In this document: in pieces, positions 56,282 to 64,000 of the stretch
How positions within the stretch are numbered: the stretch's first letter is position 1
How the letters are laid out: every line of letters begins with the position of its first letter
Source: a virus
Lineage: Duplodnaviria > Caudoviricetes
DNA length: 64,000 nt
Virus record (IMG/VR): IMGVR_UViG_3300034101_006325
Coordinates: 1 to 64,000 of that record
Strand: one strand, 5' to 3'
Notes under the pieces: model-generated
Told to the model about the DNA's origin: nothing
Seen by the model: the letters and a program-made list of their open reading frames with translations, nothing else
The model's database searches: none
Made by a program: the position numbers and the translations under genes

Positions 56282-56937
56282 TCAAATGGTCCTCTAATTA
56301 CACCATTTATTGTTAATCCAAAAGCAGCTAAAGTATCATCAAATTTTCCTGTTTCTTTCACGAGATCCAACATTTGTCGAGCAATTTCTCTAATCTCCAG
56401 CTGCGCATGCTCTGAGTAACGTAGATGAAGAAAGTGATAAAAGCTTCTAAAATTAAACATGACATCTGCAGTAATTTGATTTCCATAAGGCAAATAAAAT
56501 CTTGCAGACTCTTTGGCACGTTTTCTTGGAACACCTTTTTTAACCAGCCTGTTTAAAGCTTCATGGTATTCTTTTAAAGAATTTTCCATGTGAGTAATGT
56601 AATTGAGACGTTCCTCTTCATCCCAATCTACTGGCGTGTAATATTTGTCGTCTTTGAGTTCTTTGTACCTTGCTGACTCCGCATTGATTGATACGCCTAC
56701 TCTGTGTTTCAATAGATGCACGTGTGACGCAATATCTGTTGTTACCAAAAAATGAAGACTTGACTTTTCAAAAACAGAATGATGTTCATTTTCAGCCAAC
56801 ATCTTAAGAAGCTGAGGAATTCTATTCCTCTTTTCTTCGTTTAATTCTCGAGAAGTTGAAGTCCACGCAGAAAGTGCGTGTGTTTCATCAGACCCATAAG
56901 TTCCAATTAATTCTACCCTATTTTGACTAGAAGGCAT
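56278..56937 (-). CDS. thyX: FAD-dependent thymidylate synthase
   Basis: H.SVFE, KHR..SINAESARY, AR..LP, N.RS..HF..LR. Confidence 0.92.
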   Translation of the reverse strand: MPSSQNRVELIGTYGSDETHALSAWTSTSRELNEEKRNRIPQLLKMLAENEHHSVFEKSSLHFLVTTDIASHVHLLKHRVGVSINAESARYKELKDDKYYTPVDWDEEERLNYITHMENSLKEYHEALNRLVKKGVPRKRAKESARFYLPYGNQITADVMFNFRSFYHFLHLRYSEHAQLEIREIARQMLDLVKETGKFDDTLAAFGLTINGVIRGPFE

Positions 56938-56957
56938 AAATTTATATTGTCCGTGGA

Positions 56958-57254
56958 TTACTTTGCTTGATCTATGAAAATTAATAATTTTTCTTTTAGC
57001 TTTTCTTCAATAAATTTTTTCAATTCTTTGTCGTTAATAATGGATGCAGCTGCAACATCCGCTGCCGAATATTTTCTCTGTCTAGAAGAACTATCCTTGG
57101 AAGTATGATTAATGTGCGTCACAAGAATAGTTTTAAAATATTGAGCTAATAGACGAAGAGCTTCGTCTGTTGGACCATTAAAAGCATAATCTGGGATGCC
57201 TCTAGCAAGTTCTTCTTTTATCAACTGTTTTAACTGAGTTTTTGTTAATTTCAT
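56958..57254 (-). CDS. small protein with LKQLIKEE leader
   Basis: MKLTKTQLKQLIKEELA. Confidence 0.75.
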   Translation of the reverse strand: MKLTKTQLKQLIKEELARGIPDYAFNGPTDEALRLLAQYFKTILVTHINHTSKDSSSRQRKYSAADVAAASIINDKELKKFIEEKLKEKLLIFIDQAK

Positions 57255-57276
57255 AATTTTATCTTCTCAATTTAAT

Positions 57277-59868
57277 TCAGCATTTTGACCAACCACAAGA
57301 AGAACATGTGACGCATCCTTCTTTGTAAACAAGCGCATCTGATGAACATTGCGTGCATGTTTTGTCTGATGAAGTTGCCTTGACTCCATCAGGAATGTAG
57401 CTCTTCAATACTCTAGCTAGAACCCTAGAGAAAGACTGCATGTCGCTGTGTTTGTCTTTCTGCAGCTGTTCAACAACATATTGAACAGGTACACCGTGTC
57501 GAAGAGCTAGCGAAAGTGATCTGGTGAATGCTCCGTGATTTGGATTGGCGAATAGTTCAACAATATCCTTAAACATTAACGAATCGTCGTCCCCTACAGG
57601 AATTTGCAAATTGTAAGTTGCAACTCCATCCTTCTTACCATTCTTGATAAGATTTCCAACCTTCGCCTTCTTCGGTACTTCAACATGATGCGATAATCCA
57701 CAGAAGATCTCGTATGGCTTGCCTTCAAGCCTGCCGACCAACACCAGGTATGATTCCTGACCTTCAGAACCTTTTACATTAATTCTGTGAATGTCGCACG
57801 GTAATTCTTTCGGACGTTTTGGCGCATGATTCTCTATCATGGTTTCCGGTTGACCGTCAGTTTCAACCTTCTTCGCTTCTTTCGGCGTATCCTGCACGAG
57901 CACACCGGTTCGACATCCATCTCGATAAACTGTAAAACCTTTGCAACCTGCTTCCCATGCTGCCATGTAAACATCAGCAACGACTTCACGTGTTACTTCG
58001 TTAGGAAGATTGCATGTCTTTGAGATGGCGTGACATACCCACTGTTGGGCAGCAGCTTGAAGCTTAACTGACATGGGCCAATCAACATCGTTGCTTGTTG
58101 CCTTCCAATAAGGCGATTCAGCAATTTGCTCGTCTGACTTTCCTGTAGCATCCATCCACTTCTTAAAGCCGTGGTGATAAACTTTATACTCCTGCCACTT
58201 ATCACCAAGCTGATCAATGAAATCTACCCTTGCAGTTGTGTCTGTTGGATTGATCTTCTTTCGTCTTGTGTAAGACAAGAGATACGCAGGTTCGATGCCG
58301 CTTGTTGTTTGAGTAAGACATGAAACGGAGCCGGCCGGCGCAGTTGTCGTCAGCGCAATATTTCGCCTGCCATATTTTGACCAGTCTGCATGCAGATCTT
58401 TGTCGACATTCATGATCCTTTTGAGGAACTCACTATTGTTTTCAAGCTTCCAGTCATAAACAGGGAAAGCACCTCGATCCTTTGCCATGTCGACAGATGA
58501 ACGGTACGCAGATAGCGCAAGTGCTCTATAAATTTCTTCTGTTTTATCTACTGATTGTTGCGTGCCGTACACAACACCAATTGCTGCCAATGCATCACCA
58601 ATTCCTGTGATTCCGAGACCAGTTCGTCGAGCGCCGCTGGCAGCTTTTTTAATTTTCTTCCAAAGCTCAATTTCTGGTCTTTTAACAGCATCTGACTCTG
58701 GGTCTTCTTCGATCTTATTTAAGATGGCATCGACAGCCTCGATCTCAAGATCAACAAGATCGTCCATCAACTTTTGTGCCTTCGCAGAAACCTTCTTGAA
58801 CTTTTCAAAGTCAAACGACGCTGTAGGAAGGTAAGAATCCTTGACAAACTTTGTGAGATTAATCAGGAGAAGACGACAGGAGTCGTACGGGCTAAGGATC
58901 AATTCAGCGCATGGATTTGTAGAAACATTAGCGTATCCCTTTGAAGCATAGGCTTCTGTTGGAGTCATCTTCTTTACTGTATCCCAGAATAGAAGACCTG
59001 GTTCTGCAGAAGTCCATGCAGCATCAATGACTTGATTCCAGAGCTCGCGAGCCCGTACAACTTTTGTAACCTTTGCTTCTTCAACGGATGATTCAACTGG
59101 CCATCGAAGAGTGAATTCTTTGTCATCCTTCACAGCGTTCATAAATTCATCAGTGAGTCTAATGGAAATGTTGGCTCCTGTGACCTTCTTTAAATCTCGC
59201 TTGATGTTGATGAAGGTTTCAACTTCAGGATGCATCACAGAGATTGTGAGCATTAGCGCACCACGACGACCACCTTGAGCAACCTCACGGCATGTGTTGG
59301 AGAATCGTTCCATGAAAACACCGATGCCGTCAGTTGTTCCGGCTGCATTAGCAGTGGCAAGACCCTTTGGGCGAATTGTTGAGACGTCGAATCCAACACC
59401 GCCGCGGCGCTTCATAATTTGAGCCTGCTCCTGATCAGTGAAGAGGATTCCACCGTAAGAGTCCTGGGGAGAATCAATAACAAAACAATTCGATAACGAT
59501 TGGAGTTTATATGGATTTCCCATGGCTGACATCGGAGAACCCTGTGGAACAACAGCACCAATTCCACGTGATTCGGCAGCCAATTGCTCCAAAGTCATCG
59601 TTGACTTCTTTGTTACGTCCAAATGATCAGTGTCTGCAAGAAGACAAAAGATCTCTTTTTCAGATAACGGATTGGGATACTTGGCTTCGATACGAGCAAA
59701 CTCACGAGTAAGACGAAGGTGCATATCAGTCGGCGTCTTCTCAAGAACTTGACCCTTTGCATCTCTCAATGCATATTTGTCGACAAAAACTGATGCTGCC
59801 AATTCATCACCTCCAAAGTAGGACAATGATGCTTCATATGCTTCGGCTCTTGTATACGTCTTGCTCAT
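57277..59868 (-). CDS. nrdJ: adenosylcobalamin-dependent (class II) ribonucleotide reductase
   Basis: SNCFV, GGVG, TNPCAE, APAGS, SGIEP, YRDGCR; C-terminal TSCPD-like domain and CxxC zinc ribbon. Confidence 0.92.
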   Translation of the reverse strand: MSKTYTRAEAYEASLSYFGGDELAASVFVDKYALRDAKGQVLEKTPTDMHLRLTREFARIEAKYPNPLSEKEIFCLLADTDHLDVTKKSTMTLEQLAAESRGIGAVVPQGSPMSAMGNPYKLQSLSNCFVIDSPQDSYGGILFTDQEQAQIMKRRGGVGFDVSTIRPKGLATANAAGTTDGIGVFMERFSNTCREVAQGGRRGALMLTISVMHPEVETFINIKRDLKKVTGANISIRLTDEFMNAVKDDKEFTLRWPVESSVEEAKVTKVVRARELWNQVIDAAWTSAEPGLLFWDTVKKMTPTEAYASKGYANVSTNPCAELILSPYDSCRLLLINLTKFVKDSYLPTASFDFEKFKKVSAKAQKLMDDLVDLEIEAVDAILNKIEEDPESDAVKRPEIELWKKIKKAASGARRTGLGITGIGDALAAIGVVYGTQQSVDKTEEIYRALALSAYRSSVDMAKDRGAFPVYDWKLENNSEFLKRIMNVDKDLHADWSKYGRRNIALTTTAPAGSVSCLTQTTSGIEPAYLLSYTRRKKINPTDTTARVDFIDQLGDKWQEYKVYHHGFKKWMDATGKSDEQIAESPYWKATSNDVDWPMSVKLQAAAQQWVCHAISKTCNLPNEVTREVVADVYMAAWEAGCKGFTVYRDGCRTGVLVQDTPKEAKKVETDGQPETMIENHAPKRPKELPCDIHRINVKGSEGQESYLVLVGRLEGKPYEIFCGLSHHVEVPKKAKVGNLIKNGKKDGVATYNLQIPVGDDDSLMFKDIVELFANPNHGAFTRSLSLALRHGVPVQYVVEQLQKDKHSDMQSFSRVLARVLKSYIPDGVKATSSDKTCTQCSSDALVYKEGCVTCSSCGWSKC

Positions 59869-59938
59869 ATCAACATGTCTCCTGAGTTCTTTTGACGGGA
59901 TGCATAACTATACTCCATTTAATTTGAAAAGATTTAAT

Positions 59939-61357
59939 TTAAACATTCGTAGGCTTTGCGGAAAATTCATTTTTTAATTCTTTCCATTTGGCCCGCAATG
60001 CCTTTTTTTGTTCTGCTTCGTCTGATTCTGATGCAACCTCAGGGGTATCGGCAGAACCAGTAATCTCAAATTTACTTTGTGCTGTATTTATCTTGACAGG
60101 ATAAACCAAACCGTCCCGACCAGCACGATTTTTAGCAACAAAGAGACGACCCCATCCGCTAGCTTTCTCATGAGACCTTCGAGAGATAGAGATGATAAAA
60201 TCACAGATCATTGCCTTGCCGTATGCCTCCGACATATTGGTCATGTCGATGATCTCGCTGTTGGCGCCTTCCTTGTTGGACTGAGATGCAGTCCAAATTG
60301 GTACTCCAATTTCCATTGCAAGACCTCGCAACTCCTCATATACAAGTTTTAACTCATGACGAAGAGAATCAAACTGACGCGATGACCTCATGATATCTGC
60401 ATAATCAATAATAATAATGTCAGGCTTAAACCCTTTGAGATCTAACCTCTCAACGTGTGAACGTATTGTAAAAACTGAGGCTGTATTCGTCGGATATTCC
60501 TTGATAAAAAGACGACCCAATGACATGTTTTTATACTTGTCAATGACTTCATTTTTGTGATCCATAACTTCATTAGAGTCCATATCGCAGAGATTGGAAT
60601 CGTAACGAATGCCTACAGCTGTCTCTGATAACTCAAAAGTATAATGCAGAACATTTTTGCCTTGACGTAAAGCATTGGCGCCAATCATAGTAAGCCAATG
60701 CGATTTTCCGCTGCCGCTGCCTCCGACTACGCAAAGAAGCTCTCCTTTACCGCTGCCACCGTTAAGCAATTCTTTCTTATCGAGGTCTGGCAGGCCTGTT
60801 GGAATGGTGTCTCGGCGGAGGCGTGTAAACCTTGCATCCATCTCATTGAAAAAGTCGTGGCCGACAGACGGTGCTGTTCCAACTTGGACAGCGCGCCTGA
60901 TTGATTCAACGATAGACTCGTACTTATTTGCCTGCATTTGATCGACAGCATCCTCAAGAGCCTTTTTTAAGGCCTGCTTTCGACAAAAATCAAGCGACTT
61001 TTCTTTGACAAATTGAAGATCTCCTGGGTCGGGGTTGGCCTTCATTCTTTGCAAGTACTCAATAATTTGGTCCCGCAGCATGACATCGGTGCCGACCTTG
61101 AGATCTTCACGAATGATTGTGACAAGAAGTTGAAGCGTCGGAAAAACCTTGTATTTTCGTGAATAAGCAAAATATCTATCGGCCAAAAATTGCAGGTACT
61201 TGAGCTCAAAATAGGATGAGTCAAATACTTCCATCATTTGTTCGGCAAATTTCCAATCTGTCAAAAGTGTTTGCATAATCTTTTCTTGAAAAGATTTGCC
61301 ATAAGATCCAAAAGTTTGCTTCACAATGCCGTTTGCTGTTTTATCGTTTTCCAACAT
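59939..61357 (-). CDS. DnaB / T4 gp41-like replicative helicase
   Basis: GGSGSGKS, FELSE, IIIDYAD, TASQ, KNR.G. Confidence 0.9.
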   Translation of the reverse strand: MLENDKTANGIVKQTFGSYGKSFQEKIMQTLLTDWKFAEQMMEVFDSSYFELKYLQFLADRYFAYSRKYKVFPTLQLLVTIIREDLKVGTDVMLRDQIIEYLQRMKANPDPGDLQFVKEKSLDFCRKQALKKALEDAVDQMQANKYESIVESIRRAVQVGTAPSVGHDFFNEMDARFTRLRRDTIPTGLPDLDKKELLNGGSGKGELLCVVGGSGSGKSHWLTMIGANALRQGKNVLHYTFELSETAVGIRYDSNLCDMDSNEVMDHKNEVIDKYKNMSLGRLFIKEYPTNTASVFTIRSHVERLDLKGFKPDIIIIDYADIMRSSRQFDSLRHELKLVYEELRGLAMEIGVPIWTASQSNKEGANSEIIDMTNMSEAYGKAMICDFIISISRRSHEKASGWGRLFVAKNRAGRDGLVYPVKINTAQSKFEITGSADTPEVASESDEAEQKKALRAKWKELKNEFSAKPTNV

Positions 61358-61367
61358 TTAATAATTC

Positions 61368-62336
61368 CTAGACATTAATGCAGTTAAATGCATAGAACAA
61401 TTCTTCAACATCAAAGTCACCTATACCTTCTTTGATGAGAGACTTCAGTAGACCTACTTTATTTTTACGAGGGACAAATGTATCTATCGTATGTTGCACC
61501 TTGGAAATTTGAGTCGCAGACATCATGCTGCCATCGAGGTGGACAAGCTTCCAATTCCTCATAAGCTCATCTTTGCTCTCAATTATTTTCTTGTATACGA
61601 CTGACTCGGATGCATGAGACTGGCAGAAAGAAAGAACTTCCTGAATTGTGATATCATCATCACCGCCTAGGAAAGGCAATTTCTTGGCGACAGTTTTAAA
61701 ACCTAGTCCTTTTATGCCAGGAACATTGTCGCCAGGATCTCCACAAATCGCCTTGGCAACTGCGAAGTTGTGTGTCTTTATCCTATATTCTTCAAAAATA
61801 TCGTCCTTGGTTACTACCTGTTTTTTATGCAAGGAATAAATTCGAGTCTTGCCGTCCAACAGTTGATACATGTCCTTGTCGGAAGAGACAATCACCTTTT
61901 CATCAAGTCTAAATGGACCCTTACATAAAAACGCGACAATGTCATCACCTTCACAGTCGGAAACATAGACCTGACAGACAGGTGAGTGCTTCAACATCTC
62001 AAGAAGAGTTATTAGCTGATGCTTTCTATTCTCTTCGGATTCAGGGATATCGTCGCCATAAAAACGATTGAGCTTCTCTGGACGTCTTCCGAGTTTATAC
62101 TCTGAAAATATTTTTCTTCTACGAAGCGATCCTCCTCCTTCCCATGCCACGATGACTCGAGAAGGACAAATTTCAGTCACTATTCTCTTGAGCGTCTTCA
62201 AGAAGCCAATGCAACCTCCCATTTGATAACCATGCGAGGACATTTGTGGATAAGCGGCCCAAGATCTAATGAATAAGTTTTGGCCATCGACTATGAGCAC
62301 GGGTCTTTCTGAAGACATAAGGACCTTATATAACAC
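61368..62336 (-). CDS. 5'-3' exonuclease (PolA N-terminal-like)
   Basis: VDGQN, YK..R, EGDD, SSDKD, GD.GDNVPGIKG.G.KT. Confidence 0.9.
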   Translation of the reverse strand: MLYKVLMSSERPVLIVDGQNLFIRSWAAYPQMSSHGYQMGGCIGFLKTLKRIVTEICPSRVIVAWEGGGSLRRRKIFSEYKLGRRPEKLNRFYGDDIPESEENRKHQLITLLEMLKHSPVCQVYVSDCEGDDIVAFLCKGPFRLDEKVIVSSDKDMYQLLDGKTRIYSLHKKQVVTKDDIFEEYRIKTHNFAVAKAICGDPGDNVPGIKGLGFKTVAKKLPFLGGDDDITIQEVLSFCQSHASESVVYKKIIESKDELMRNWKLVHLDGSMMSATQISKVQHTIDTFVPRKNKVGLLKSLIKEGIGDFDVEELFYAFNCINV

Positions 62337-62383
62337 CTACAATAAACCAGTACAACTTAAAATTTTAACAATAATTACAAGAC

Positions 62384-63091
62384 ATGAGTCAAACGCTGCT
62401 GCGTGAATATCTTGATCTGATGCTTGAAAAAATTCGATCAAAAAAGAAAGTAAAGACAAAATTTGGAAAACCAAATTTTGATCTTGAAGAATTTAAATCT
62501 CTACCGAATGAAGCAATCATGAGAGCGTATGCGATGAATTATTTGGATCCCTTAGGACAAGGAAGCTCAAGAATTGCATTCGTTTTATCTGGCAATAGAC
62601 AGAAAGTGTTGAAGATAGCTCTCAATGAAAAAGGTCTTGCACAAAATAAAGCTGAACTAGAGGTATATACAGACCCTGCTACTGCCGACATGGCGGCAAA
62701 AATATACGATACAGACGAGAACAATCGTTGGGTAATCGCTGATATCGTCAGACCTCTAACGAACCCAATGGAATTTAAAAAGTTAACGGGAACGGATTGG
62801 GATCAATTTGTGCAAGACATGATGTCGTCTGTTTCTCAGGCTGCAAGAAGAAGAGATATGAAGTTAAGGGATGACGCGCCTGAATTTACAAAAAAGGTCT
62901 ATAGAATGGCTGAAAAAGGAAGCAATAAACTTCGTCAAGGCGACTTGACAGTTTTAGACCATTGGGGTAAAACAGCGGATGGCAGGGTCGTAATACTTGA
63001 TTATGGCTTCACAGTAGATGTTGGAGAAAAATACTACGACAAAAAGCCACAAAAAGTCGCGGTTCAAGACGATATTCCTACTGGCCGGTAG
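62384..63091 (+). CDS. protein kinase-like fold protein with LLREYL leader
   Basis: LGQGSSR glycine loop, VLKIA Lys, NKAE Glu, DL...HWG, ILDYG. Confidence 0.65.
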   Translation: MSQTLLREYLDLMLEKIRSKKKVKTKFGKPNFDLEEFKSLPNEAIMRAYAMNYLDPLGQGSSRIAFVLSGNRQKVLKIALNEKGLAQNKAELEVYTDPATADMAAKIYDTDENNRWVIADIVRPLTNPMEFKKLTGTDWDQFVQDMMSSVSQAARRRDMKLRDDAPEFTKKVYRMAEKGSNKLRQGDLTVLDHWGKTADGRVVILDYGFTVDVGEKYYDKKPQKVAVQDDIPTGR

Positions 63092-63515
63092 AGCCAAAGC
63101 CTCCTGAGCCTCTGTCGGTCTTGGTTAAGCTCTCTGTCACCTGGAATATCCCACGAAAAACTCTTGAAAATATCATCTGAGCAATCCTATCGCCTTTATT
63201 GACAATAAATTCCTCGTCACCTGTATTCAACAGAATGACCTTGATTTCTCCTCTAAAATCTTCATCAACTGTTCCCGGTGTGTTCAGTACTGTGATGCCA
63301 TACTTGGCAGCCAGACCGGACCTAGGACGAACCTGTGCCTCAAAACCTGGTGGCAGTTCGATCTTTAAACCTGTCGACACCATTGCACGGCGACCAGGTC
63401 TAATGATCAAATTTTCATTTGCGTAAAGATCACAACCGGCTGATCCTTGTGTTTGATACTTTGGAACAAGACTGTTGTCATCTACCTCACAACGAATCCA
63501 AAATATATCACTCAT
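63078..63515 (-). CDS. dut: trimeric dUTPase
   Basis: AGCDL, RPRSGLA, GTVDEDFRGE, RIAQ, RG.GGFGSTG. Confidence 0.95.
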   Translation of the reverse strand: MSDIFWIRCEVDDNSLVPKYQTQGSAGCDLYANENLIIRPGRRAMVSTGLKIELPPGFEAQVRPRSGLAAKYGITVLNTPGTVDEDFRGEIKVILLNTGDEEFIVNKGDRIAQMIFSRVFRGIFQVTESLTKTDRGSGGFGSTGQ

Positions 63516-64000
63516 CTGTCATTCCTCCTTCTCCATCACCCTCCCCAGAAGGATCTCCTCCTGTGGTCACAAGTGCTGAGTCAATAACTGTCAAAAGATA
63601 GTTTCTGTATTTCTCATCCTTCAGCATTTCACCAAATTCCGACTTATAAAACTTCTTTTCCAATACAACTTCGCCTGTCTTTGCATTGACGACTGAAAGC
63701 TCTTTCCAAGCACCCTCTCCGCTGAGATTGATCTCAAGACCGTCTCGTTTCACAGGACCGTTGGCCTTGCAGTGAGCACGAGACTCATCGAAAAGATATT
63801 CGTCTTCGACGATGCCTTTGCCAAAGATGATGTCAAATTCGCACTTTCTAAATGGTGCTGCAACCTTGTTCTTTTTAATTGTGACCGTTGTATGAATACC
63901 GATGGTATTGCCGGCCTTGTCCTTTACCTGATTTCCGCTACCGAGTCGAATGCGAACCGACGAATGAAATGGAATAGCCTTCCCACCGGGTGTCACTGCT
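63508..64000 (-). CDS. recA: RecA/UvsX recombinase, C-terminal part (truncated by window)
   Basis: TPGGKA.PF.SSVR.RL, KNKVA.PFR..EFDI.FG.GI. Confidence 0.88.
   Translation of the reverse strand, partial: AVTPGGKAIPFHSSVRIRLGSGNQVKDKAGNTIGIHTTVTIKKNKVAAPFRKCEFDIIFGKGIVEDEYLFDESRAHCKANGPVKRDGLEINLSGEGAWKELSVVNAKTGEVVLEKKFYKSEFGEMLKDEKYRNYLLTVIDSALVTTGGDPSGEGDGEGGMTDE

Noticed and set aside
57277-61357. Inteins or introns in nrdJ and the helicase
   Set aside because: Lengths are typical, and no C...HN splice junctions or LAGLIDADG motifs were seen.
1-64000. tRNA, rRNA and CRISPR arrays
   Set aside because: No cloverleaf, rRNA-like stretch or regular repeat-spacer pattern seen by eye; intergenic gaps are short. 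A tRNAscan/Infernal run would be definitive.
1-64000. Eukaryotic giant virus or bacterial chromosome origin
   Set aside because: SD sites, sigma70-like promoters, DnaE and an endolysin argue against NCLDV; the lack of housekeeping operons and the many tiny hypotheticals argue against a chromosome.

Overview
A gene-dense 64 kb segment of a large dsDNA bacteriophage (jumbo-phage-like), read with the standard genetic code. About 100 CDSs, roughly 90% on the minus strand, many coupled by ATGA overlaps. Phage identity rests on Shine-Dalgarno sites, sigma70-like promoters, an endolysin, many small hypothetical genes and no rRNA or ribosomal-protein genes. The replication/nucleotide set includes DnaE, a DnaB-like helicase, RecA (partial), two 5'-3' exonucleases, PolX, class II RNR, ThyX, Tmk, Tdk, dCMP deaminase and dUTPase. 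Host-like genes include isocitrate lyase, IMPDH/GMPR, SOD, Dps, PMM, a nitrilase, an actin-like ATPase, Hsp20 and a J-domain protein. An AgmX/PglI-type protein and an FGE-sulfatase-domain protein suggest a myxobacterial host (inference). Main highlight: dnaE is interrupted just after the first PHP motif (FVGFHAHS) by a 38-nt out-of-frame insert, UCG-UAG-[10-bp GC hairpin]-UCG. This is the architecture of a programmed ribosomal bypass like T4 gene 60; a micro-intron is the alternative. Second highlight: dnaE sits inside a putative novel nucleotide-modification cluster (kinase fused to a dCMP-type thymidylate synthase domain, ThyX paralog with altered active site, two SDR epimerases, NDT, flavin reductase, NTP pyrophosphatases). 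Also noted: a family of proteins with a shared L-x-x-(L/I)-I-x-E leader, an array of SH3-like mini-genes, and sharp composition mosaics (GpC-depleted and GC-rich patches). All protein family calls come from motif recognition, not database searches.
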